Shown one piece after another: positions 41,521 through 55,611 of a stretch of DNA of 64,000 nucleotides (positions are counted from its first letter, which is position 1; every line of letters begins with the position of its first letter). The DNA is from Octopus vulgaris. Its lineage: Eukaryota. Made by a program: the position numbers and the translations under genes. The notes under the pieces are model-generated. The model did not search any database, had not been told where the DNA came from, and worked only from the letters and a program-made list of their open reading frames with translations. Location: contig OX597831.1 of the NCBI GenBank assembly GCA_951406725.2, positions 13,702,001 to 13,766,000 on the forward strand, given 5' to 3'.

Positions 41521-44500
41521 TGTGTGTGTGTGAGAGTATTATGTAAGCATGTATATGTGCAGATTCCTAGTCTTCGAATTGCCTTTCTCGTTTCTGGTTT
41601 TGGGAAACCTAATTTCTCGAGATTGGTATTTAGGCATTGTGTTACATATCCCAGTACCAGCTTAATTACTGGTATAAGCCTGAACTTCTAATCTGGATGG
41701 AGTAACTACAGATTTCTCAATAGTTCAGCGTAGGTACTCTCTGTTCCGTTATTATATTACATAATCATGTTTTTTTCAATCGCTGCATTTATTCATTTTC
41801 TTCTCCCTGTTCCAGTTATTGGGTTGCAGTTATGTTGCTGCTTAGGTATGTAAATATTAATCATCAGCATTTTTTACTTTGAAATGCGATACTATTTATC
41901 GATCCCTATTTGTCGAAACATTCAGTTATGCAACAGGGGCAAATTTCATAACTTTTAGAAAACAGTTTTAACATAAAAATATGCTCTGTTTTTAAAGACC
42001 TTCTTTTAATTTTAGCATTTATTTATTCTGTGCAAATGTTGGCGCAAGTTAGAGGAGGTTGCATATGACACGTTTTTTCATAATGTTTGTTAAAATCGAG
42101 TGATATTTATGAGACTTTGGGAAGCATCTATCAAGGGCTGCCAAAAACTATCTGGCTGACTTCGAAGCTTAGGCATGGATACCGAAGAACAGTATGTTTT
42201 CTATATTTGGTACTAAGGTTTTTTATGCCAATGTGTGGATTTTGTTGAGTGCGATATATTGTGTTGGGTGTATTTTTCTTCAGATGGAAAATTCTATTGT
42301 AAAATTATAGGATTTACCATAACAGTGGAAATTGAACGCTGTCAAATTAACTTCCTTGATGTCACATCTTGCCTTGACACTGGTCTTTGTGAGCCTTTCC
42401 GTAAATCAAATTCTAGACTTTAATATATTGTTATGTCCAAACATCCACCCTCCATTATACGCGGTCTTGTACGGAATATTCAGACCAATAATGTAGGCGA
42501 AGAAAGTGTCTGACAGCCATGACCGGGTTCTCCTGCCTGTGTGGAATCGTGCTGAGTCATGTTGCTAGACAAAGACGTGGCCATCACTAGTGATTACTCC
42601 AAAAACCATGATGTTGACTCGATGTTTAGTTATTATCACTCTTGAATATAAAATGATTGATAATAGAATATAACAGACATTTAGTAATATAAATATCTCT
42701 CTCAGTATTCTCAACCTATTTCTTATTATTAATGCTTCCCCTGATCCCCTCACTAATTATTTCTGACTTAGGTTTATGTACAAAAACATAATGTCCCTTT
42801 GATTTTATTTCCTACCGAGGAACCTTAAATAATTACGAAATTCAAAAATATTAGAGCCTCATCATTTACGAGAAATTATTGAAGTATACTAACCATATCT
42901 TACTTAATGTATTAAAAGTTAGAAAATTATCAATTATGTAATAATTTCAAATCTCCTAATGAAGCAATCTTCACACAAAACAATTCACTACTCACACGAA
43001 AATCAGAAAATTTTGAAAAGTCTTATCTCTAACAGCAAGCATCCAGATATGAAATTTTCCAATTAATTATGTGGTTTTAGGCTGCAATTAAATGTTTTAA
43101 TTTATATTATGTTTCAACGAAAATTTTAATCTTGCAGATTTGGTTCAGATGAAATATTGTGTGAATAAAAAATATTGTCGTGAGGCTTGGAAAAAGCATC
43201 CTGCCGAATATAATGGAGGAAGAGATGTTAATTTCTGTCCGTAAATATCCTTTTATTTCCAATAATACTTTTATAACACTTCTAGTAAAGATATTATTTA
43301 AACTAAGTTTAATAATCAATACCAGTATTTAGCAGCTAATGCTAAATACTACTGGTATTTCTTATATGAGATCATTTTAAGAAATAGTGCAGAGCGCAGA
43401 CGATTTAAAACACTCAAATAATTTATTAGGTTTTTATCATAAAACAGAGAAAAACAATTTAGACGGCCAAAAAGTAGACAAATTATTTAATACATTTTAA
43501 AATGGTACAGGTTTCAATTTCACTAAGATTTCTTAGTTCAAAAGTTAAGCAAAATATATCCAGTTATGTTAAGCAATAATTTTCAGAAATCATATCAACC
43601 GATTAATTTTTGCTTTCCAGGCGATTAAGAATGTATAAAGAATGTGCAAAGAAGGAAGGACCATGGTATTGTATAAAGATAATGGAAATCGAAAGCCTGG
43701 GTTTCAAAGAGTGTTTTCGTAAGAGGACTTTCAAAAATTTCTTCACATCATATTCTTAGAAATAATGAGACAGTGAACTAAATTATAAACGATATTTTTG
43801 TATAAATTCTTCTAGAAGTAATTTGAATTTTTGCACAACTAAAATCAAAATAATAATATTGTTGATTCTTTTCTATTCAATCAATATACAAATAAGAGAT
43901 GAGATTTTTTCTACTCCAGATACAAGGCCCAGAATTTCTTGGGAGAGGGCAGTCGATTAGCTCGACCCAGTACACAAATGGTACTTAATTTAATCGACTC
44001 CGAAAGGATGAAAGGCAAAGTCGACACCGGCGAAATTCGATCTCAGGACATAACGGCACGCGGAATACCGCTGAGCATTTTGCCCGGCCTGCTAACGATT
44101 CTACCAGCTCACCGCCCTTAATGAGCAATTGAATATAAATATCAGTACGCTTGTATTTAGTCATGACTGTTTACGTCGTTGTAATTCTGTATACCACCAT
44201 GTTTCATTTATGGTTTAGTAAAGTAGATAACGAGAACGTATAGCATGATCTAAGTCGAGAATTACATTATCAACGACTATACTAAACTTGCAAGAATGGA
44301 AACTTACAATGTGACAGTAACCTCGATGACTCTACAGAGTTACCTGTGTGTTTATTTCGTGCTAAAATGCTCGACCAGGTCTAATAATTACGCGAAATAT
44401 TAATTTAAACCCAATTAATCAGCTTCTCACATTTTTATTCCAGCTGTTCCTGAAAGTCAAACGTCAAGGAACCTTTCAGTCCACGTTATGTTTTCACACT

Positions 44501-45648
44501 GTGCCTTAATAATACTTATTCTGTGCATATTTTTGTGATGTTGGAATTAAATACCAAATACCAATATATTTGATGTAAGGACAGTTATTAAATATCACAC
44601 ATTTCATATTGCGTTGCGTTTACTTTCACAATATTTTCAACTATTTTCCTTCGGTAGGAAATAAATAAGGCTGTTGAATTATCTGACAGTATTAATCCGG
44701 TGATATAATAATACTAACACGAATATATCAACAAGAAATTATCATAGGAATATCTCAATGATTATTATTTCCAACTAAAATCTCAATTCTCTGATGCATC
44801 AGCGAATCGTTAACAGAAAATATGCTACGTATGTTCATTATCCGAGACGATGCGGTTTCGAGATAACTCTGGTGACACAGTGATATATCTGCATAACCCT
44901 TAGTAGAAATGTATTTATACACTGTAGGCTAACGATATTATAAACAAGATCCTTATTCATAAGATAATACTGTAATGTTGTTTTGATAGGACTGAATGTT
45001 ACTAAAATATTAGCGTCCTGCCAGTGCAATATAACAATTACTGTATTTATTATGTGACTGTAACATCGATTATGCCAGTGTAACATCAGAGTAAAACTGT
45101 TGCATTATCTTTGGGAAGTCTATTGCCAATTTATCTTCGACATTTCAAGGAAATATCTAACATTTCAGTTTGCAAATTGGTGAAAGGTTGATTGATCCCT
45201 TAGCATATTTCTTTAGACTTTTCCTTTACACAACAGCTCCAACAATTTTGGAAGAGCGTTTGGGATTTGCTTTAGTTAGATCGCTTTAGATCACTTTAGA
45301 TCACAGGTGACGAAGGGAAAATGGAGCTGTTTGTTAAGTATTGTTGTGAGAACCAGTACATGATAATAGAAGGGGCAGGTCTCGTTAAGCATATGTAAAA
45401 TATCTGCTGGGGGATGCAAATCTCGAAACAAATAACAAATATGTAGCATTGAAACATGGCGGAGACTGATTGGTGGGAAGCTAGCGCGGTCGGCATGTCG
45501 CATAAACTAACGACAGACAATACTAAATTATCTACGAGCAATCCCATTTGTCTAATTTTATTCAAACATCTTTTCAATAGAAATATTTCAATAGCAATTC
45601 TAATCTATTCTCATTGCAGTTAATATTCCATTCAGCACTTATTACTGA
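36027..45648 (+). CDS. Gene D: secreted six-cysteine peptide precursor, 97 aa, 5 exons
   Basis: Exons 36027-36060, 41816-41845, 43138-43240, 43621-43718, 45620-45648. [103 protein letters not shown] 45690-45695. Confidence 0.88.
36369..38477 (-). mobile_element. Helitron with PIF1-like helicase fragment in intron 1 of gene D
   Basis: Minus strand starts TC (38477) and ends hairpin cccgagcaacgccggg + CTAG (36369), between A and T; ORF 36445-36966 has [28 protein letters not shown] and CNGTRL. Confidence 0.9.
39058..40611 (-). mobile_element. Second, non-autonomous Helitron of the same family
   Basis: Same termini: CTAG at 39058 with cccggcgttgctcggg hairpin, and aggcagataaaatctgccttttataataagaga at the other end; shares internal blocks with 36990-37190 and 38200-38477. 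Confidence 0.85.
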
Positions 45649-48624
45649 AGCTGGGATAATTACAAATGTGAGAAATACAAATGTATGCAAATAAAATTTT
45701 AACAAATATCTAAGTTTTGTTTTTTGGGTTTTGATGGAATTGGAAAACTTTAATAAACTATTTCTATTGAATAGCTCTATTTTGAGTATTAAATACAGGA
45801 AACTCTCTCATGCGTATTTTAACCAAATTTTAATCGTTACAGATATTTTAATAAGCATTGCTATCTATTTCTGTTTCAGTTCATATTTCTGTCAGCATTT
45901 AGTACTTCAGCACTTAGTCCTGAAGCTGTGATTAAAACAAACATACAAAAATACATATCTGAGTAAATAAACTATTTATGCTACTATAATAAATATGTCG
46001 GTGTTGTTTTCTGGTTTTGACTGGATTTATAAACATTATCAAAAGTATATTTTTTGAATATCTGCATTTTGAATTAATCGAGTTTTGGATGACCTCCAAG
46101 AAGAGATGGACGTCCATGAGTACTGACTGAGTAAATACGGGTGAAGACGGAATGACGCTCAACAAATTTCCGTTTCTTTCAGATGTAGGGAGATGTTAAG
46201 TAATAACTTATTTGGTTTCTGAATCTGGGTGAGTGTATATAATACTAGAACCTTCCTTCGGAAAGATATTCCTTAAAGTCTTACACAGAAATTTCTTTCG
46301 TCTATAACATTTGTTTTGTCAAAGTTTGTTTATAATATATACACACTTCTTTATGACACCGCTACAAATTTTTGTGAGAACTCTCAGTGTTGAACCTATC
46401 ATATTCACTTAGTTTCACACACTTTTTTCGTCCTTGAATTTTATTCCTTTTCAATTTGCATTCAGAGCATTTAGAAGGATTCCAGATGGAGATTTTACTT
46501 ACATTACAAGTAAAGAAGAGACAATTACAGAATTCAAATTTAACCTCAATTATTTTGTCTTTGCTCCCAGGTTTGCATTGATAAGTGTTCGAATCGTAAC
46601 TAGTCATGCTTCTACTAAGTGAATACAATTGAAATAGGTCAAGAAGTCAAGAATTTAATCGGAGCCGCTTCTGCTGTTCTCAGTTACGAATTGCTTCCGA
46701 ATATATGTCTGCCCGACAACAGAATGTTTCACACTAATAGTTGAGTTTTCAGAAACTCGATGACTGAAAGTGTCCCCGATCTTATAAAAGATGATTGAGT
46801 TATTGACTGAATATCCTTCAGGGTAGACCATCCAAGACCAGTTATTTCTCCATCAAATGACTACTATATTACTACGTATTTGCCCCCTCAAAAGTCGAAA
46901 TTTGCATGATGCATCTGATTTACTTAACAGATCCCATAGCGAAAGTCTTCTCTACTTTATCTACTAAATCTAATAATTTCGGATTACAGACATATTTCCT
47001 GTGATCCTGCTGCAATGCAGTATCTACTGACAGCGGTTGACTGCATGACATAGGCTAACCCAATGACGTTGGCTGAGAAGACACAACCGGATCTATATTG
47101 TCCTCCATATTTCGGATATAAAGCCCTGTAAGTACCAGAAAAATGTATATATTATTGTGGGACCGTCCCTAATTTAGAAAAAGCGCTACATTGTAACATA
47201 TCTTGTCGATTCATTAGCTTGTATTTAACTCGCTAAACGAACATAGGCTCATTTTAAGATCGTCTAGGTCAGTGTACATGGCTGCTTGTCGTTTATCTGT
47301 CGTTTCTTCTTCAGCGACCGACATTGAATGTCTGAAAGAAGAGGATAACGAAGACCTTATTAATTAAGGAAAGAGTGCGACAAATGAAGACATTATAGTG
47401 AGATTAGAAGTGAAAAGCAGATGCGAAACATTCATGAACGAAAGCTTATAGCAGCATCGCCGAGAAAGACATAATGGAAAGTTAATGTGAAATGATAAAA
47501 CCTAGAGACAACGTGAAGCAAGGGGTATTTTCATTACCAGATAAGAATCGAAACAAAGCACCCAGGGTGGATGACTGAAAGAATTCTCCAGTTGATGTCA
47601 GGATGCAAAACGACAAACAACATGGCGCCCAAAAAAGAAACAATTTGAAAAGCAAATGTTGCAGAGAGAAACAATATTATCACACAAATAAAAACAAATA
47701 AATGTATTATCAAATCAAAAAATGACAGAGAATCGAACTTTAAATAAAAAAATGAGGTTCTATTAAAGAACTAACAAAACTTCATATATTTGAGAAAATA
47801 TATTTCAATTTGTGTTAAAGACTTCCATTCTCTTCCGAGGATTCAAGAAAAGCGTATCAAAGCGTACGTTATTCAACGTACCAAATACTTTCAAGATAGT
47901 AGGATGTATGATTTGAAATAGCTACGGTTGATATAGTCGGCAGCTACATTGATCCCTTCTATCCTGCACCAATTAAATGGTTCCGTGTCCCTTGCAATAC
48001 ATTTTCACTTCCCGTTTTGTCCCTTTTTAGTGTTATGGTACTTAGAGCCTTTTTTTTTAATTGTTATTCAAAGGAGTTACTGGTGACTCGAACCCCTTCA
48101 TGCGTTTCGAAATTTCGAAACCAACTCTTTACTAAAACCATAGTTTTTACTAAAACCATACTAAAACCGACGAAACGTAGCGTCTATGTGAACACTTATG
48201 TCTATCAAAATCAGGTGATAGAAATATCTCAACGCAGTAAAGGGGATATGAATTACACACACACACACACACATACACACACAGGCACAAATGCATATGT
48301 ACACACACACCACGACCACTCACACAAACACACCTGCACACACCTGCACACACACACACACCACGCAATCTCACGCACATACACACGGACAAACACACAC
48401 ACATACACATACGTATTTCTACAGATAAAATTCTCAAATAAATCACTGAAACCGTTTTCGTTGTCATCCACACTATTAAAAATGCGACAGAAAAAAATAT
48501 TATATAACACAGTACTTTACAAATATAACCCCAGTTGGGCTGAAGACCAACAGCAGTTACATCGTTCCTAGGTTTATAAGACACGGAGAGAAGTAGAATA
48601 ACATTCTATGAGAAAAAACCCACT

Positions 48625-49295
48625 ATGAAATATATTCTATGCATTTCTCTTACCGTTGGTGAGTATTTAAAAGACAAATGTTTATCTTCCGAGATGCAAA
48701 TGTTCGACCGTAAACACTGAATAGGATTTCATGCAATTTACAACACTTCCCACTTATATATTTCTATGCGTAGACACACACATACGCTCAAGCGCGCACA
48801 CACACGCACACAGATACATACACAGACACATACACAAATATATATATATGTATATATATACCCATATATACATAGTTGTGTGGAGGCGCAATGGCCCAGT
48901 GGTTTGAGCAGCGGACTCGCGGTCATAGGATTACGGTTTCCATTCCCAGACCGGGCGGTTTGAGTGTTTATTTAGCGAAAACACCTAAAGCCCCACGAGG
49001 CTCCGGCAGGGGATGGTGGTGATCCCTGCTGTACTCTTTCACCACAACTTTCTCTCACTCTTACTTCCTGTTTCTGTTGTACCTGTATTTCAAGGGGCCG
49101 GCCTTGTCACTCTCTGTGTCACGCTGAATATCCCCGAGAACTACGTTAAGGGTACACGTGTCTGTGGAGTGCTCAGCCACTTACACGTTAATTTCACGAG
49201 CAGGCTGTTCCGTCAATTCTGATCAACCGGAAGCCTCATCGTCGTAACCAACGGAGTGCTTCCATTCCATACATAGTTGTATGCATGTATTTATA

Positions 49296-49341
<46 letters not shown>

Positions 49342-49525
49342 TGTAAGTATATATATGCGTGTATATATATATATATATAATTGCTAAAGACAGCAAACGT
49401 TAAAGCAGGACATGCGTTATTATTACTGGAGCCCTATTAATCCGTTACGGCACTTACCTAGCGTACCTAGTCGTGTAGATCCCCTGTGAACTAACCCCCA
49501 TATTTTATATAAATGTATGGATAGT

Positions 49526-49560
<35 letters not shown>

Positions 49561-50198
49561 ATGTGTGTGTGTGTGTGTGTTTGCTTGTCTGTATCTTTGT
49601 ATATATATGTGTGTATACATAGATACATACGTATATAGATACATACAAACATACATACCTACATACATGACACTTTTTTCCGAATTAGGCGAATGCATAT
49701 TTTTCTTATTTCTTCATCGCCCACAAAGAGCTAAACATAGAGGGGACAAACAAGGACACACAAAGGGATTAAGTCGATAACATCGACCCCACTAAATAGT
49801 ACTTATTTAATCGACCCCAAAAGGATGAAAGGCAAAGTCGACCTCGGCGGAATTTTTAACTCAGATCGTAACGGCAGACGAAATACCTATTTCTATTTCT
49901 TTACTACCCACAAGGAGCTAAAAACAGACATGACAAACAATTACAAACAAACGGATTAAGTCGATCATATCGACACCAGTGCGTAACTGGTCCTTAATAT
50001 ATCGAACCCAAAAGAATGAAAGGCAAAGTCGACCTCGGCGCAATTTGATCATAGAACGTAACGGCAGACGAAATATCGCTAAGCATTTCGCCTTGCGTTT
50101 TAACGATTCTGCCAGCTCGCCGCAAATGCATATTTTTCTGATTTATGGACACTTGCATGACTATAAATGTGTATGTACACATTTGTGTATGTTTGTAT

Positions 50199-50249
<51 letters not shown>

Positions 50250-53200
50250 GTGTGTGTGTGTGTGTGTGTGAGTATTATGTAAGCATGTATATGTGCAGAT
50301 TTCTACAGTTCCAGTGATGGATTGGATTTCTAGTCTTCGAATTGCCTTTCTCGTTTCTGGTTTTGGGAAACCTAATTTCTCGAGATTGGTATTTAGGCAT
50401 TGTGTTACATATGCCAGTACCACCTTAATTACTGGTATAAGCCTGAACTTCTAATCTGGATGGAGTAACTACAGATTTCTCAATAGTTCAGCGTAGGTAC
50501 TCTCTGTTCCGTTATTATATTTCATAATCATGTTTTTTTCAATCGCTGCATTTATTCATTTTCTTCTCCCTATTCCAGTTATTGGGTTGCAGTTATGCTG
50601 CTGCTTAGGTATGTAAATATTAATCATCAGCATTATTTACTTAGAAATGCGATACTATTTATCGATCCCTATTTGTCGAAACATTCAGTTATGCAACAGG
50701 GGCAAATTTCATAACTTTTATTAAACAGTTTTAACATAAAGATAGGCTCTGTTTTTCAAGACCTTCTTTTAATTTTAGCATTTATTTATTCTGTGCAAAT
50801 GTTGCCGCAAGTTAGAGGAGGTTGCATATGACACCATTTTTATAATGTTTGTTAAGTATCGTGTGATATTTATGAGACATTGGGAAGCATCTATCAAGGG
50901 CTGCCAAAAACTATCTGGCAGTCTTCGAAGATTAGGTATGGATACCAAAGAACAATATGGTTTCTATATTTGGTGTTATGGTTTTTTTATGCCAATGTTT
51001 GGTATTTGTTTAGTGCGATATATTGTGTTGGGTGTATTTTTCTTCAGGAGGAATCATTTATCATAAAATTATAGGATTAACCATAACAGTGGAAACTGAA
51101 CGCTGTCAAGTTCACTTCCTTGATGCCACATTTTGCCTTGACACTGGTCTTTGTGAGCCTTTCCACAAATCAAATTCTAAACTTAAGTATATTTATGTTA
51201 CGTCCAAATATCCACCCTCCATTATACGCGGTCTTGTACGGAATATTCAGACCAATAATGTAGGCGAAAGAAATTGTCTGACAGCCATGACCGTGTTCTC
51301 CTGCCTGTGTATAATCTTGCTGAGTCCTGCTGCTAGACAAAGATTTTTCCAGGAACCACCTTCACGACTGACGGCAGAGCTACCTCCTTCAATACACTTG
51401 ATTTAGGCCTCCGTGTTGTGTCTGAGGTTGTGTGAGATGATGAATGGAGGCATAACGTCGCCATCACTAGTGATTTCTCTAAAAACCATGATGTTGACTC
51501 GATGTTTCGTTATTATCACTCTTGAATATAAAATGATTGATAATAGAATATAACAGACATTTAGTAATGTAAATATCTCTCTCAGTATTCCCAACCTATC
51601 TCTTATTATTAATGCTTCCTCTGATCCCCTCATTAATTATTTCTGACTTAGGTTTCTGTACAAAAACACAATGTCCCTTTGATTTTATTTCCTACCGAGG
51701 AACCTTAAATAATTACGAAATTCAAAAATATTAGAGCCTCATCAATTACGAGAAATTATAGAAGTGTACTAACCATATCTTACTTAATGTATGAAAAGTT
51801 AGAAAATTATCAATTATGTAATAATTTCAAAACTCCTAACGAAGCAATCTTCACACAAAACAATTCACTACTCACACGAAAAATCAGAAAATTTGAAAAG
51901 TCTTATCTCTAACAGCAAGCATCCAGATATGAAAGTTTCCAATTAATTATGTGGTTTTAGGCTGCAATTAAATGTTTTAATTTATATTATGTTTCAACGA
52001 AAATTTTAAACTTGCAGAAGTGGACAGAGTGAACTTTTGCATGAGTGAAAATTATTGTCGTGAGGCTTGGAAAAAGTATCCTAACGCATTTAATGGAGAA
52101 AGAGATATCAATTTCTGTCCGTAAATATCCTTTTATTTCCAATAATACTTTTGTTAGCACATCTATTGAATATATTATTTAACTAAGTTTAATAATCAAT
52201 ACCAGTATTTAGCAGCTAATGCTAATTACTACTGGTATTTCTTATATGAGATCATTTTAAGAAATAGTGCAGAGCGCAGACGATTTAAAACACTCAAATA
52301 ATTTATTAGGTTTTTATCATAAAACAGAGAAAAACAATTTAGACGGCCAAAAAGTAGACAAATTAATTAATATATTTTAAAATGGTACAGGTTTCAATTT
52401 CACTAAGATTTCTTAGTTCAAAATTTAAGCAAAATATATCCAGTTATGTTAAGCAATAATTTTCAGTAATCATATCAACCGATTTACGTTTGTTTTCCAG
52501 GCGATTAGGAATGTATAAAGAATGTGCAAGGCAGTTTGGACCATGGTATTGTGTGAAGATAATGGAAATCGAAAGCCTGAATTTTCATGAGTGTTTTCGT
52601 AAGAGGATTTTCAAAATTGTTCTTCACATCATATTCTTAAAAATAATGAGACAGTGAACTAAATTATAAACGATACCTTTGTATAAATTCTTATAGAAAT
52701 AATTTGAATTTTTCCATTCAACTAAAATCAAAATAATAATATTGTTGATTCTTTTCTATTCAATCAATATACAAATAAGCGAAGGAAGTTTTTCTACTCC
52801 AGGTACAAGGCCCAGAATTCCTTGGGAGAGGGCAGTCGATTAGCTCGACCCAGTACACAAATGGCACTTAATTTAATCGACTCCGAAATGATGAAAGGCA
52901 AAGTCGACACCGGCTGAATTTGAACTCAGGACATAACGGCAGCCGAAATACCGCTGAGCATTTCGCCCGGCCTACTAACGATTCTGCCAGCTCGCCGCCC
53001 TTAATAAGCGATAGAATATAAAAATCAGTACGCTAGTATTTAGTCATATCTGTTTACGTCGTTGTAATTCTGTATACCACCATGTTGATTTTATCGATTA
53101 GTAAAGTAGATAACGAGAACTTATAGCATGATCTAAGTCGGGAATTACGTTATCAACGACTATACTAAACTTGCAAGAATGGAAACTTACAATGTGACAG

Positions 53201-55611
53201 TAACCTTGATAACTCTACAGAGTTACTTGTGTGTTTATTTCATGCTAAAATGCTCGACCACGTCTAATAATTACGCGAAATATTAATTTTAACCCAATTA
53301 ATCAGCTTCTCACATTTTTATTCCAGCTGTTCCTAATAGTAAAACGTCAAGGAACCTTTCAGTCCACGTTATGTTTTCACACTGTGCCTTACTAATACTT
53401 ATTCGGTGCATATTTTTGTGATGGAGGAATTAAATACCAAATACCAATATATTTGATGTAAGGACAGTTATTAAATATCACACGTTTCATATTGATATTT
53501 TACTTTCTCTTCGTTCTGCGTGCTGCCTCTTTGCGTTGCGTTTATAGATTATGAGAAGGCCTTCGATAGCGTCGAAACCAACGCTGTGCTGAACTCGCTG
53601 CAGAGGCAAGGAATCGAAGCGCAATATGTGCAGCTGCTCAGAGAGGCAAAAAACGGTTGCACCACCGACATAGCTCTACTGTCATCACCCATACTAGTGC
53701 CGGTCGAGAAGGGAGTGAAGCAAGGAGATACAATCTCCCCAAAACTTTTCACTGCATGTCTCGAACAGATCATCAGAGGCATCGAATGGCAAGGTGGTGT
53801 CAACATCAATGTTGAGCTCCTCACTCACCTCCGTTTCGCTGAAAACATCGTACTCATCGCTGAAAACATGGATCAGCTTCAGACTATGCTGACGGAGCTC
53901 GACATCAAAAGTTCTGCTGTAGGTCTCAAGATGAACCGCACTAAAACAAAGTTCATGCGGTCAGACAATGTACCAACAGGTCGAATGGTGATCGGCAGTG
54001 ATTAACTAGATGAGGTGAGAGAATATGTCTACCTGGGACAGGAAGTAAATATGTGCCGGGATACCAAAAAGGAGATCTCACGGAGAGTAAGGGCCGGATG
54101 GAAGGCGTTCAATGGCATAAGGGATGTGCATAAGGAAAGGTTGGACAGGACCACCCGCGCCAACCTCATTAACAGTGCAGTTCTGCCTGCAATGTTATAT
54201 GGTAGTGAAACATGGGCTACCACAAAGAGAGAAGAGCAAAGACTGGTAACGGCTCAAAGAGCCATGGAAAGGTCAATGCTTGGTATCTCGTTGAGAGAGC
54301 ACATAAGTAGCAAGATCATCAGAAAGAAGTCCGGCGTGAGAGATGTCATCGCAGAGTATACACGCAGCAAGTATAGATGGGCTGGACACGTCGCCCGGCT
54401 CACCGATAATCGGTGGAGGCACGCAGTTGTACTGTGGTACCCGCGTGAGCGAAAAGACCACCCGGAAGGCCTCCACGACGGTGGAGTGACGATTTCAGGA
54501 GGACGATTGGGATCACGTGGATGAGAAAAGCGCGATCCAGAGAAGAGTGGACAGCGTGCTGTGACCAGTGGTGTCAAATGGACGCCTGAGGGACTGGTCG
54601 GTCAAAGTGATCAAAGTGATTTTAATTTCACAATATTTTCAACTATTTTCCTTCGGTAGGAAATAAAAATGGCTGCTGAATTATCTGACAGTATTAATCC
54701 GGTGATATAATAATACTAACACGAATAAATCAACAAGAAATTATCATAGGAATATCTCAATGATTATCATTTCCAACTGAAAGTCTCAATTCTCTGATGC
54801 ATCAGCGAATCGTTAACAGAAAATATGCTACGTATGTTCATTATCCGAGACGATACGGTTTCGAGATAACTCTGGTGACACAGTGATATATCTGCATAAC
54901 CCTTAGTAGAAATGTATTTATACACTGTAGGCTAACGATATTATAAACAAGATCCTTATTCATAAGATAATACTCTAATGTTGTTTTGATAGGACTGAAT
55001 GGTGCTAAAATATTAGCGTCCTGCCAGTGCAATATAACAATTACTGTATTTATTATGTGACTGTTACATCGATTATGCCAGTGTAACATCAGAGTAAAAC
55101 TGTTGCATTATCTTTGGGAAGTCAATTGCCAATTTATCTCCGACAGTTCAAGGAAATATTTAACATTTCCGTTTGCAAATTGGTGAAAGGTTGATTGATC
55201 CCTTAGCATATTTCTTTAGACTTTTCCTTTACACAACACCTCCAACAGTTTTGGAAGAGCGTTTGGGATTTGCTTTAGTTAGATCGCTTTAGATCACTTT
55301 AGATCACAGGAGACGAAGGGAAAATGGAGCTGTTTGTTAAGTATAGTTGTGAAAATCAGTACATGATAATAGAAGGTCTTGTTAAGCATATGTAAAATAT
55401 TTGCTGGGGGATGCAAACCTCGAAACAAATAACAAATATGTAGCATTGAAACATGGCAGAGACTGATTGGTGGGAAACTAGCGCGGTCGATATGTCGCAT
55501 AAACTAACGACAGACAATACTAAATTATCTACGAGCAACTCCATTTGTCTAATATTTCAATAGCAGTTGTATTCTATTCTCATTGCAGTTAATATTCCAT
55601 TCAGCACTTAG
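48625..55611 (+). CDS. Gene E: secreted six-cysteine peptide precursor, 95 aa, 5 exons
   Basis: Exons 48625-48658, 50579-50608, 52018-52120, 52501-52598, 55589-55611. [95 protein letters not shown]; TAT>TAG removes the last two Tyr. AATAAA 55659-55664. Confidence 0.85.
48880..49268 (+). mobile_element. tRNA-derived SINE in intron 1 of gene E with 12 bp target-site duplication
   Basis: atacatagttgt at 48868-48879 and 49269-49280; 3' half shared with the 27899 SINE. Confidence 0.88.
53508..54619 (+). mobile_element. 5'-truncated RTE-clade LINE in intron 4 of gene E
   Basis: FIDYEKAFDSV, GVKQGDTISPKLF, LRFAENIVL (catalytic DD mutated), EYVYLGQ, YGSETW, RWAGHVAR; tail tcaaagtgatcaaagtga; flanks ttttactttc / ttttaatttc. 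Confidence 0.93.
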
